DNA from: a virus
Lineage: Duplodnaviria > Caudoviricetes
Direction: 5' to 3' (one strand)
DNA length: 64,000 bases
Virus record (IMG/VR): IMGVR_UViG_2799112909_000002
Coordinates: 1-64,000 of that record
Numbering within the stretch: position 1 is the first letter of the stretch; the number at the start of each line of letters is the position of its first letter. Shown in pieces: positions 38,168 to 48,478 of this stretch. The translations under genes and the position numbers were made by a program. Under the pieces are notes generated by a model. That model did no database searches. It saw only the letters and a program-made list of their open reading frames with translations, and was not told the origin of the DNA.

Positions 38168-38683
38168 ATGGCACATCCAGTTATCTGTATCTATTGCAAA
38201 GAGCGGTTTGACCGTGATAGAATAAGTTTTGTTCAAGTGTCAAATAGAAGATACGCTCATAAAGAATGTCATCAACAGAAAGCGGCAACTGTTTGTCAAG
38301 AGGAAAAAAACTATGAGAGTCTCTTGCAATATATTAAGCAATTATTTAAGTTGCCTTATATTTCTGCCAATGTAAAAAAAGAGATAATGGATTTCCGCAA
38401 ACAGTATGGATATACGTATAGCGGTATTCAGAAAACTCTTTATTGGTTTTATGAACTAAAGGGCAATAGTATAGAAAAAGCGAATGGACATTTAGGCATA
38501 GTCCCATATGTTTATGGCGAAGCCAGCGATTATTTTTATAAGTTATTTCATGCGGCTGCCGCAAGTAATACACAGGTTGTAACATTACCTAAAAAGCAGT
38601 ACACAATTCATTCGCCAGAGGTAGTAACTGCTATGAAACAGAAACGATTTTTTGATTTTGAAGGGGAAGATGACAATGACTAA
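38168..38683 (+). CDS. Zn-binding replication-associated protein
   Basis: CIYC...HKEC; lies immediately before dnaB. Confidence 0.55.
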   Translation: MAHPVICIYCKERFDRDRISFVQVSNRRYAHKECHQQKAATVCQEEKNYESLLQYIKQLFKLPYISANVKKEIMDFRKQYGYTYSGIQKTLYWFYELKGNSIEKANGHLGIVPYVYGEASDYFYKLFHAAAASNTQVVTLPKKQYTIHSPEVVTAMKQKRFFDFEGEDDND

Positions 38684-41231
38684 AAGCAAATATGTAGATA
38701 CTGCCGCTATAGTTCAAGTTATAGGAGCAGTATTTAAGAACCCAAATCTTTTAGATGATGAAAGATATTTTTTTAGTGAAGAGGATTTCCCAGAGAGATT
38801 CCATAAGATATTGTTTGGTTCAATTTTTAATTTACATCAGCTTGGAGCAGAAGTAATTAATATTGGTACTATTGAAGATTATTTAGTTCAGAGACCAAAT
38901 ATTTTAGCTATTTATAAGAATAATAAGGGAAGAGAATATTTAGAAGAAATAACTACTAAGAATATAACTGGTGCTTTTGATTTTTATTATGGAAGAGTTA
39001 AAAAAATGAGTTTATTCAGAGCTTATGAGTCTATTGGATTAGATTTATCATGGCTTTATGATGTTAATAATTTTTTAGATGCTAAGAAAAAACAACAGCA
39101 AGAAGATTTTATAGATAATCAGTCATTAGAGCAGCTTGCGGAATTAATTGATGATAAAATTGCGGGTATTCGTTTAAAATACGTCGATAATGCCACAGAG
39201 GTTGCAAAACAGGCAGGTAGCGGTATTTTTCAGCTTATTAATAAATTAGAAACTGAACCTGCTATTGGTTATCCTTTATTCGGTTCTATTATCAACTCTA
39301 TAGTAAGAGGAGCGCGATTGCGTAAGTTCTACCTTAGGTCAGCTGCAACTGGCATCGGCAAGTCAAGGTCAATGATAGCAGACGCTTGCAATTTCGCTTG
39401 TAATGAGATATATATAAATGGTAGTTGGCAGCCAAATGGCACGAAAGAACCAACGCTTTTTATTACTACGGAACAGGAGTTAGATGAAATACAAACGATG
39501 ATGCTAGCTTTTGTTTCTGAGGTTGATGAAGAACATATCCTTAAAGGTGAATATTTGACTGGAGAGAAAGAAAGAGTTATGAAGGCAGCAAACATTATTA
39601 GTAATTCCCCTTTATATATTCATCTCTTGCCTAATTTTAATATGCAGGATATTGAGAACACAATAAAGAAAAATGTCCGTGAATATGGAATAAAATATGT
39701 TGCTCATGATTATATCCACTCAAGTATGGCGATCCTAAGTGAAATTTCTTCTAAGGCGGGGGTCAAAGGGCTGAGAGAGGATAACGTCTTGTTTATGATT
39801 TCAACAAGGCTAAAAGATTTGTGCAATGAATATGGTATCTTCATTATCTCTAGCACTCAAATCAATGGGGAGTATCGGGATGCTCGCATCTTTGATCAGA
39901 ACCTCCTTAGGGGTAGATTGTAAATTGTGCCCTAACATACCTTATCCTATTAATCAATAGGGGTTGTATGCAAATACAGCTAACGGGGAACTCTGACCAC
40001 TTTGGGTGAAGACAATCCCGTCCCATATCAATTTTATTTTTATTGCCTGATTATAAATAAAGAAAGGAGGAGGACAATGAACTCTATTTATATGTATAAA
40101 AACAAAATTAATGGTCATATGTACATTGGATTAGCTTCAAATCCTCAAAGACGCTATAGCGAACATAAAAATGTTGCTTTAAATCCCAACAGCGATGAAT
40201 ACGATTATCCAATTCATGCAGCTATTAGAAAATATGGTTTAGAAAATTTTGATTTTATTATTTTAGAAGATAATCTTTCAAGTGTAGAAAAGATGAAAGA
40301 AAGAGAGCAATACTGGATAAAATATTATAATACCTATGAAGATAGAGCACACTATAATCAAACTCCAGGTGGAGATTGTGCTGGAGAAAAAAGTATCCAC
40401 AGAGGAGAAGAGCACGGAATGGCAAAACTTACAGAAAAAGATGTTCTTTTTTGTAGGGAATGCTATCAAAAAGGTTTAAGAAGCAGAGACATCTGGAACA
40501 AATACTTCTCAGAAAAAATCACCTATGTTGGGTTTTTACGAATGTGGCATGGAAAGACATGGAAACATATAAAGCCAGAAGTCTTTAATTTTAATCCTCA
40601 TCGAGGAAGTTATACTGCGGCAGATAGAGATATTATTACTGCGCTGTATAGACAAAGCGGCTTAACTTTAAGCCAATTTCAAAAAACAAAAGAGTGCTAT
40701 GTGGGCTATGGTACTCTTTATAAGATGGTTCATGACCCATCTTTTTATGATAATAAATAATAAATAAAAATAAAATTGATGCGGGCTATCGACTATCCCT
40801 TAGGTTGAAATGCTGGGGAGTAGAGTTGCTATTGATACGCAGCTAGGTTTTAGGAAACGAAGCCTATGAAAATCGAAAGAGGTATGGTAGCTATGCAAAT
40901 AGTTATTAAAATATAGTCAGTTCTCATAGAAATATGAGAGTAAACGTCAAAAGCAATCGCTGACAAGATTGATGTAGGCAGTCACTTATTGGAAGTCACA
41001 AGGGAAGATTTAGAAGCTTTACAACCTCTTTTGGAAAGGCAAGGCTGGGAGCAACCAGCAATAAAAATGGCTATTTACAAAAATAGAGGTAATAAGATAA
41101 ATAATGTTTTAGTATGGTGTAAAGCTCGGCGAGAAGTCTGCCGCATAGAACCAATGTTTGTAACCAATTATAATTACGAACCTATTACTATTCAGGACAT
41201 ACAAGTTAATGTGATTGAAAGGAATAACTGA
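38676..41231 (+). CDS. dnaB: DnaB-like replicative helicase, join(38676..39914,40947..41231)
   Basis: AATGIGKS, HDYIH, STQIN; splicing restores QNLLRG|SKAIADKID; YKNRG in exon 2. Confidence 0.88.
39915..40946 (+). mobile_element. group I intron in dnaB
   Basis: exon ends in U, intron ends in G; core-like elements GCTAACGGGGAA, ATCGACTA (P7) and ATATAGTCAG. Confidence 0.88.
40077..40760 (+). CDS. GIY-YIG homing endonuclease (intron-encoded)
   Basis: SIYMYKNKINGHMYIG, R.SEH, AIRKYG, EQYWI, YN. Confidence 0.9.
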   Translation: MNSIYMYKNKINGHMYIGLASNPQRRYSEHKNVALNPNSDEYDYPIHAAIRKYGLENFDFIILEDNLSSVEKMKEREQYWIKYYNTYEDRAHYNQTPGGDCAGEKSIHRGEEHGMAKLTEKDVLFCRECYQKGLRSRDIWNKYFSEKITYVGFLRMWHGKTWKHIKPEVFNFNPHRGSYTAADRDIITALYRQSGLTLSQFQKTKECYVGYGTLYKMVHDPSFYDNK

Positions 41232-42379
41232 TGAGTATTAAGGAAGAAAAGAATAAGATTAAACAATCCTTAACAATAGAACAAATATTCGATTTGTGTG
41301 CAGACTTAGGCGGGGAGCCGCAAATGTATGGCAGTTATTTTGTTTCTAAAACGATTTGCCATAATCCCATTGGGGAGGGTAGTCCTAAGCTGTTTTATTA
41401 TGAAAATACCCAACTGTTTAAATGTTATACAGCTTGTGGAGATACCTCATTTGACATTTTTGATTTAGTAACAAAAGTAAAATCACAAAGCGGAGAAATG
41501 AGACCTTCTTATGATGAGGAAGGACAGGTTGTGTATAGGAACTGGGGGCTTTTTGATTCTATCCTCTATGTAGCGAGATATTTTAATCTTTCAATCGACT
41601 TAAATGAACCTCAAGGCTTTGATGGGTTATATATGACTCTTGAGGATTGGGAAGTCTTAAAAAGGTATCAGCCGCAAGAGCCCAAGCAACAAAAGAGAGT
41701 TGAGTTGAGGTATTATAATAAAGATGTTTTACGCCACTTCCCCCAGCCGCACATTTCTCCTTGGGAGGAAGAGGGCATTGCCTATGAAGTTTCTAAAGAG
41801 TGCGGAATTGCATACAATCCTTGCAGCCAAGGAGTGGTGATTCCGCATTTTGATATGTATGGTAATTTAATTGGAATTAGAGAACGAACCTTAATTAAAT
41901 CAGAAGAAGATTATGGTAAGTATAGACCTTCTATTATAAATGGACAGCAGTATAATCATCCTTTAGGATTCTCATTATATAACCTCAACAATAGTAAAGA
42001 TAACATTAAGATCATGAAGAAAGCTGTCGTTTATGAATCAGAGAAATCAACACTTTTACATCGTTCTTACTTTGGTAAAAACGGAGATATTTCAGTTGCA
42101 GTATGCGGAAGTTCTTTTACTCAATATCAATGCTCACTGTTGTTAAGCTTAGGGGTGGAAGAAATAATTATTTGCTTTGATAAGCAATTCCGCCAAGCGG
42201 GAGATGAGGAATTTAAGAAATGGACAAAAAAACTTACCACAATTCATGAGAAGTATAAGAGATATGCTCTAATATCCTTTGCTTTTGATAAATGGAATTT
42301 GTTAGGATATAAAGACTCCCCCATTGATTGCGGAAAAGAAACTTTTTTAGAGTTGTTTAATAATAGGATTATTCTGTAA
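41231..42379 (+). CDS. DNA primase (DnaG-like)
   Basis: CH...C..C zinc finger, VIPH, IGIRER, TOPRIM-like YESEKS / FDK. Confidence 0.8.
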   Translation: MSIKEEKNKIKQSLTIEQIFDLCADLGGEPQMYGSYFVSKTICHNPIGEGSPKLFYYENTQLFKCYTACGDTSFDIFDLVTKVKSQSGEMRPSYDEEGQVVYRNWGLFDSILYVARYFNLSIDLNEPQGFDGLYMTLEDWEVLKRYQPQEPKQQKRVELRYYNKDVLRHFPQPHISPWEEEGIAYEVSKECGIAYNPCSQGVVIPHFDMYGNLIGIRERTLIKSEEDYGKYRPSIINGQQYNHPLGFSLYNLNNSKDNIKIMKKAVVYESEKSTLLHRSYFGKNGDISVAVCGSSFTQYQCSLLLSLGVEEIIICFDKQFRQAGDEEFKKWTKKLTTIHEKYKRYALISFAFDKWNLLGYKDSPIDCGKETFLELFNNRIIL

Positions 42380-42392
42380 AGGAGGATAATAA

Positions 42393-44147
42393 ATGAAATA
42401 TAAATTGATAAGTCCAATTAATTCAGATTTTAGTGTAGTTGAAACAATATTAACGAATAGAGGTATCCCTTTTGAGGACATTGAGCATTATTTAAACACA
42501 ACAGATAATGATATAAATGATTATAATAGCTTAGGTAAAGATAAGATTGAGCAGGCAGCTATCTTATTAGGAGATGCGGTTGCAACAGGTAAAAGAATCT
42601 TTATGCCAATTGATTGCGACTGCGATGGGTACACTGCTTGTGCACTATTTCTCAATTATTTATATGAAGTAATACCTGTTTTTGTTGAAAACAATATTAC
42701 TTGGTGGCATCACTCTGGCAAACAACATGGGTTACAGGATTGCATTAATGAAGCTTTAAAATATGACTTAGTTATGTGCTTAGATTCATCAAGTAATGAC
42801 TATAATGAACATAAGCAATTAAAAGAAAATGGGATACCAGTAATTGTTCTTGACCATCATGAAGCAGATACGGTATCAGAAAACGCAATAGTCATTAATA
42901 ACCAATTATCGGATTATCCTAATAAAGATTTTTGTGGCTGTGGTATTACTTGGCAGTTTTGCAGATATTTAGATACTTTATTTGGCTGCGATAATGCAAA
43001 TCATTTTTTAGATTTGGTTGCTCTTGGAAATTGCGGAGATATGATGAGTAGGCGATCTATAGAGACTAAGCATCTGATGGACAAAGGCTTCCAAGATGAA
43101 AATATAACAAACCCCTTTATCTACTATATGGCAGAAAAGAACTCTTATTCACTTGGTGGCAGCATCACCCCTATTGGAGCCGCATTTTACATAGTGCCTT
43201 TTATTAATGCAGTAACACGAAGTGGTACACAAGAAGAAAAAGAGCTGCTATTTAACTCTATGCTAACTTTTAAAGCTTTTAAAATAGTTCCATCTACTAA
43301 AAGAGGCTGCAAGGGGCAGACAGAAAAATTAGTAGAACAAGCGGTTAGAACTGTAACCAATGTAAAAAATCGTCAAACAAAATTGCAAACTGTGGCAATG
43401 GAATTATTGGAAGGACAAATTGAACAGTACGATATGATGCAACATAAAGTGTTATTCTTTATGATGAAGCAAGGTGAAATTGCCAATGGGTTGGCAGGGC
43501 TTGCCGCAAACAAATTAATGGCAAAATACCAAAGACCTTGTTGTATCCTTACAGAAACTACTGATGAAAACAACAATGTGGTCTTTCAAGGCTCTGCAAG
43601 AGGATATAGCAAATCTGGAATTAAAAGCTTTGCTCAGATTTGTGAAAAAACAGAAGCCGTACAATATGTTGCTGGTCACGATAATGCATTTGGTCTTGGC
43701 GTCAAGTTAGAAGATGTTCCCGCGTTTATAGAGAGAACAGATGAAATATTGAAGGATATGCGTTCAGAGCCTATATTTGATGTTGACTTTCTTTATAAAG
43801 GAGCAGATGTTAATCCAGAAGTTATCTTAGCTATTGCTGATTTAAATGGACTATGGGGGCAGGATATAGACGAACCATTTGTTGCTATTGAAGGGTTAGT
43901 AGTTACTCCAGATATGGTAACAGTGTATAGCAAGAGAAATAATACATTGAAGATTACTCTCCAGAATGGTATTAGCTTAATTAAATTTAATGCAACAGAT
44001 GATGAATGTGAAATGCTCCAAAGAGGCGGCAGCAACACTTTAAATATTGTAGGACGTTGTAACAAAAATGAGTGGGGCGGGATTGTAACGCCGCAACTGT
44101 TTATTGAGGATTATGACGTGATTAAACAGAACAAGTATTGCTTTTAA
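42393..44147 (+). CDS. recJ: RecJ-like single-strand exonuclease
   Basis: DCDCDG, HGL, LDHH, GD and GSAR/GH motifs of DHH/DHHA1. Confidence 0.88.
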   Translation: MKYKLISPINSDFSVVETILTNRGIPFEDIEHYLNTTDNDINDYNSLGKDKIEQAAILLGDAVATGKRIFMPIDCDCDGYTACALFLNYLYEVIPVFVENNITWWHHSGKQHGLQDCINEALKYDLVMCLDSSSNDYNEHKQLKENGIPVIVLDHHEADTVSENAIVINNQLSDYPNKDFCGCGITWQFCRYLDTLFGCDNANHFLDLVALGNCGDMMSRRSIETKHLMDKGFQDENITNPFIYYMAEKNSYSLGGSITPIGAAFYIVPFINAVTRSGTQEEKELLFNSMLTFKAFKIVPSTKRGCKGQTEKLVEQAVRTVTNVKNRQTKLQTVAMELLEGQIEQYDMMQHKVLFFMMKQGEIANGLAGLAANKLMAKYQRPCCILTETTDENNNVVFQGSARGYSKSGIKSFAQICEKTEAVQYVAGHDNAFGLGVKLEDVPAFIERTDEILKDMRSEPIFDVDFLYKGADVNPEVILAIADLNGLWGQDIDEPFVAIEGLVVTPDMVTVYSKRNNTLKITLQNGISLIKFNATDDECEMLQRGGSNTLNIVGRCNKNEWGGIVTPQLFIEDYDVIKQNKYCF

Positions 44148-44272
44148 GTTCACAAAGCTGCTCGGAGCCTTGACGCACGTATTTTTAAATCGATTTTGGG
44201 TTTTGGATTTTTCTTATTCAAAATTCCAAAATTGATTTTTAAAAGAAAAAATGATATAATATAATAGGAAGA

Positions 44273-44497
44273 ATGAAAATGAATAATAATTATCAAAATG
44301 GTATTGAAGCTATGGATATTTTAAACTTAATTGCATTTTATATTCAGCTTACAAATATTGAACAAGACAATCAACAAAGTGAGTATATTCATAATGTTAT
44401 TCAAGCTATTGCAAGAGAAATAGAATTATTGCATAAAGAAAATGATAAGATAATGGCACAAAATGAGGAAATTATTAGATTGTTAAGAGAGGGGTAA
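44273..44497 (+). CDS. small coiled-coil hypothetical protein
   Basis: ORF after a promoter. Confidence 0.6.
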   Translation: MKMNNNYQNGIEAMDILNLIAFYIQLTNIEQDNQQSEYIHNVIQAIAREIELLHKENDKIMAQNEEIIRLLREG

Positions 44498-44501
44498 AAT
44501 T

Positions 44502-46952
44502 ATGGAATTAACTTTAAAACAAGAGGAAGCAGTAAAAATTGTTAAGCAGCGGTTCTTAGATGGCGAAAAGCAATCGGTCATAGGAGGCTATGCAGGGGCG
44601 GGCAAGTCTTCTGCCGTGAAGGCGATTATTCAATCGCTTCCGCACATTAATCCAGAGACGGATGTGGTTTACACCTCTTTTACCGGCAAAGCAGTTCAAG
44701 TTTTGCAGTCAAAAGGAAACCATAATGTTTCTACTTTACACAAGCTTTTATACGAACACGTGATGATGCCAGATGGTAGTTTTATTAGTACAAAAAAAAG
44801 TCATATTAATTATAAAGTAGTTATTGTAGATGAAATATCAATGGTTCCGAAGAAACTTTTAGATGACTTGATGAGTCACAACGTATATGTAATTGCTCTT
44901 GGCGACCCGGCTTAAGAATTGGGTTGGGGATAAAACTAGTTTAATTGCGGGAACACCCTTAGAGTTCGTCCATACTAACTTATTTTGGTGACAGAATAGG
45001 GGCAAAAACGAAAGTTGGAGACATAAGTAAAAACTGGGCGAAATTGGGCAATCCGCAGCTAAGTTTCTTTATATATCTATGAAGTATTCAAAAAAAATAG
45101 GAGGCTTGATAGATATGCCAAAAAGATTAACTCAGAGAGAATTTGAAGAAAGGGTTTTAAACAAACTTGGTCCAGAATATAGAGTGCTGGGGAAATATAT
45201 CAATAAGGAAACAAAAATTGAAATGGAACATTTTGCTTGTGGAAATAAATTCTTAAAAAAGCCCGGAGATGTGATGCAAAAAGGTAGTGGTTGTCCTTTC
45301 TGTTGTGGGAATAAAAAAGCGTTATACACTGAGCAATGGGTACAGACCCACACCCCTCTTCCTTATCATTACGTAACTGGCTATTTAAGTATGTCAAAAA
45401 AGTGTACTTTTCATTGTGACAAATGCAATACTGATTTTTTGCAGACCCCAGGTCGTTTAATTAATCAAAAAATTTTTGGTTGTGGCTGCTGTCCGACAAA
45501 AAGGAAAACGCATGATGAGTTTTTAAGAGAGTTAGGAGAAGAGTGTCTAAAGGAATATGAGGTTTTGGATGAATATGACACAATAGATAAAAAAATTAAT
45601 TTCAAGCATAAGCCTTGCCAAACTATTTTTAAGCTTAGTCCTTACCAATTTATTACTCGTCATAATAAACAGTACTGCCCACTTTGTTATTTTAAAAAAT
45701 CTAAAGGAGAATTAAGTATTGCTAACTTCTTAGAAGTTAATGAGATTGATTATCAAAAAGAATTTGTTTTTCCTGATTTACCAAAAAGATTTTTTGATTT
45801 TTTTCTACCTCAAGATAATTCTATTATTGAATATGATGGAGAGCAACACTTTTTTGCCGTTGACTTTTTCGGTGGAGAAGAGGCTCTGCAGGCAACAAAA
45901 AAGAGAGACCAAGAGAAAAACCAATATTGCCTAACTAATAATATAAAAATATATAGAATCCCTTACTATGATTATGACAATATTAATCAAATTTTACACG
46001 AGATATATAAAGAAAAAAGTTCAACGACTATCGAAAAGTATAGAGTTACTGAGTAGAGTACACTACAAGCTAATGGTAGTGGAAAAGGCTAGCTTAGAAG
46101 ATATAGTCTACTCTCATAAGAAATTATGAGCTTGGAAATCCAAGGGGCATGAGTTGCGATCATGCCTAAAAGGAGGGGCAATTACCTCCAGTTAATAAAG
46201 ACCAAGCAAATGGACTGCTTGATAGACCTCATGTATTTTTAGATCAAATTATGCGGCAAGCAGCAGAAAGTGAAATTATTCAATTAACAATGAAGATAAG
46301 AAATGGAGATCCAATCCCCTATACAAAAGGGAAAGAAGTTATGGTTTTAAAGAAAACAGATCTTAATGAGGGTATGTTGGCTTGGGCGGATATGACTTTA
46401 TGTGCCACTAATAAAACACGTAATCTAATGAACACTACAATTAGAAAAATGAAAGGATTTGAGAAACCTATTGAAGAGGGAGAAAAAGTTATTTGTTTAC
46501 AAAACTATTGGAGAAAAATAGCTGATGGTAGCGGAGCCCCGCTTATCAATGGCACAATAGGTTATATTCACAACATTTTTGAACAAGAGTATCGTATTCC
46601 TCGTTGGGTGGGAGTACAGGATAATTCTATTCCTATTTTGACAGCAGATTTTTCTTCTGAAGATGGGGATAAGTTTGGTTTATTAGATTTGGATAAAACT
46701 AATTTAATTACAGGGCAGCCTTATTTAACACCAGAACAAAATTATAAAATGTTTACAAACAAAAGAATTCGTAGGATAATTCCACATTCATTTGCATATG
46801 GCTATTGTATTACTACACATCGTGCTCAAGGCAGTAGTTGGGATAAAGTGCTTGTAATTGAAGAGAATTTTCCTTTTGACAAGGAAGAACATAAAAGGTG
46901 GCTATATACTAGTTGCACGCGTCCATCAGAAAAACTAGTATTAATTAGATAA
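44502..46952 (+). CDS. RecD/Dda-like SF1 helicase, join(44502..44912,46179..46952)
   Basis: GYAGAGKS, VDEISM, spliced GDPA|QLPPV, MRQ, TTHRAQGS, WLYT..TR. Confidence 0.9.
44913..46178 (+). mobile_element. group I intron in the helicase gene
   Basis: P1 CCCGGCU/GGUUGGG with U.G pair; AATTGCGGGAA, AATCCGCAGC, TCAACGACTA and GATATAGTCT; terminal G. Confidence 0.9.
45115..46056 (+). CDS. intron-encoded endonuclease: Cys-rich repeats plus Vsr/DUF559-like PD-(D/E)XK domain
   Basis: three H/C..C...GCP repeats; FDFFLP, IEYDGEQHF, KNQYC, IYRIPY. Confidence 0.8.
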   Translation: MPKRLTQREFEERVLNKLGPEYRVLGKYINKETKIEMEHFACGNKFLKKPGDVMQKGSGCPFCCGNKKALYTEQWVQTHTPLPYHYVTGYLSMSKKCTFHCDKCNTDFLQTPGRLINQKIFGCGCCPTKRKTHDEFLRELGEECLKEYEVLDEYDTIDKKINFKHKPCQTIFKLSPYQFITRHNKQYCPLCYFKKSKGELSIANFLEVNEIDYQKEFVFPDLPKRFFDFFLPQDNSIIEYDGEQHFFAVDFFGGEEALQATKKRDQEKNQYCLTNNIKIYRIPYYDYDNINQILHEIYKEKSSTTIEKYRVTE

Positions 46953-46968
46953 AAGGAGAAGTGATAAA

Positions 46969-47745
46969 ATGGTTTATATGGGAAGTAAAAGAAGATACGC
47001 AAAAGATATTGTACCTATTATTCAAAAGTATATAGATGAAAACGGGATTAAAGTATTTGTAGATGCTTTCTGCGGCGGGGGCAATTTGGTAGACAAAATC
47101 AGTTGTGAAACTGTTATTGCCAATGATTTGTCTCCAACGCTAATTGCTTTACATATGCAAGCACAATTAGATTTTTCAAAAAATCCAGTTGATGGAAATA
47201 GAGAATATTGGGATAAAGCTTATGCAGATTGGAAAAAGATGAAGAAACAAATGGATAATAATGAGCCTATTAGTGTAGACATGCCGCTTTATGAGATTGG
47301 AGCAATAGAATGGTATAGTAGTTTCGCTAATGGCGGATTCCCTCGTGGTTATGCGAAGCCTAATGCAACCCGCAATTATTATCAGGAAGCTTATAAGAAT
47401 CACAAGAAACAAGCGGAGGTAGAAAATTATAAGAAGATTATTTTTCATCAAGGTGATTATAGAGAGCTAATTTCAGAAATACCTCTCAAAGACACTCTTA
47501 TTTATTGTGATTCACCTTATCGTGGCACTAAACCATATGCAATCAGCAGCAAATTTAATCATGAAGAGTACTATAACTGGTTAAGAGAAACAAGTAAACA
47601 AGTGCCTATTTTCGTCAGTGAGCAGACGTTGCCGCCCGATTTTATTCCAATTTGGGAGAAAGACGCAAAAAGAACTTGCGGAAAAGATAATAATTTTAAA
47701 GCTTGTGAAAAACTTTATTTTATAGACAATAGAAAGGAGATTTAG
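46969..47745 (+). CDS. Dam-like (D12 class) adenine DNA methyltransferase
   Basis: YMGSK, DAFCGGG, ANDL, YCDSPY (DPPY variant), FNHEEY. Confidence 0.8.
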   Translation: MVYMGSKRRYAKDIVPIIQKYIDENGIKVFVDAFCGGGNLVDKISCETVIANDLSPTLIALHMQAQLDFSKNPVDGNREYWDKAYADWKKMKKQMDNNEPISVDMPLYEIGAIEWYSSFANGGFPRGYAKPNATRNYYQEAYKNHKKQAEVENYKKIIFHQGDYRELISEIPLKDTLIYCDSPYRGTKPYAISSKFNHEEYYNWLRETSKQVPIFVSEQTLPPDFIPIWEKDAKRTCGKDNNFKACEKLYFIDNRKEI

Positions 47746-47746
47746 A

Positions 47747-48421
47747 ATGGAAGAAGCAAGAAAGGCTCATTTTAGTAAATGCGGTGCCTATTCAGGTTAT
47801 GATAAGAACCATAAAGAAAGAGAGGCTCTGGATTATTATTCTACACCAATAGAAGAAGTAGAAAATATTTTAAATACTATGAATTTAGATTTAAATAATG
47901 CAACTATTTTAGAGCCTTGTTGCGGCGGTGGTCATATGGTTCAAGGTATTGTTAACTATTGCTCTAAATATGATTCTAAACTATGGAAACTTTATGCAAC
48001 AGATATTAAAGATAGGGGTAGCATTTTACAAAAAGAAGATTATAAAACAGGGCTAGATTACGATTTTTTATCTGATGACTACCCTTATTGTCATGAAATT
48101 GATTATATTATTATGAACCCGCCTTATTCAGTTATTGAACCTTTTGTTATGAAGGCTCTTGGAATTGCAGATAAGGGCGTGCTAATGTTAGGCAGACTGC
48201 AATTCCTTGAAGGACAGGGCAGATATAAAAATATTTTTAAGGATTATCCTCCAACAGACGTCTATGTCTATGTTGATAGAATATTTTGTTATAAGAATGG
48301 AGATACATCTATTAAACAAGCTTCCGCACAGGCATATGCTTGGTTCTTTTGGGATTTAAATGGCAATAGCAAAGATACTAAAATACACTGGATAAGAAGA
48401 ATAGATAAAGCAGAGGGGTAA
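47747..48421 (+). CDS. N6-adenine DNA methyltransferase
   Basis: DYYSTP, LEPCCGGG, MNPPY, AYAWFFW. Confidence 0.85.
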   Translation: MEEARKAHFSKCGAYSGYDKNHKEREALDYYSTPIEEVENILNTMNLDLNNATILEPCCGGGHMVQGIVNYCSKYDSKLWKLYATDIKDRGSILQKEDYKTGLDYDFLSDDYPYCHEIDYIIMNPPYSVIEPFVMKALGIADKGVLMLGRLQFLEGQGRYKNIFKDYPPTDVYVYVDRIFCYKNGDTSIKQASAQAYAWFFWDLNGNSKDTKIHWIRRIDKAEG

Positions 48422-48478
48422 CCCCTCTTTGCTTTTTTATAAAAAAAATGATATAATATATATAGAAAGAAAAAAGAG

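Noticed and set aside
46969-48421. Restriction-modification system
   Set aside because: Two methyltransferases with no adjacent endonuclease; orphan MTases are common anti-restriction genes in phages
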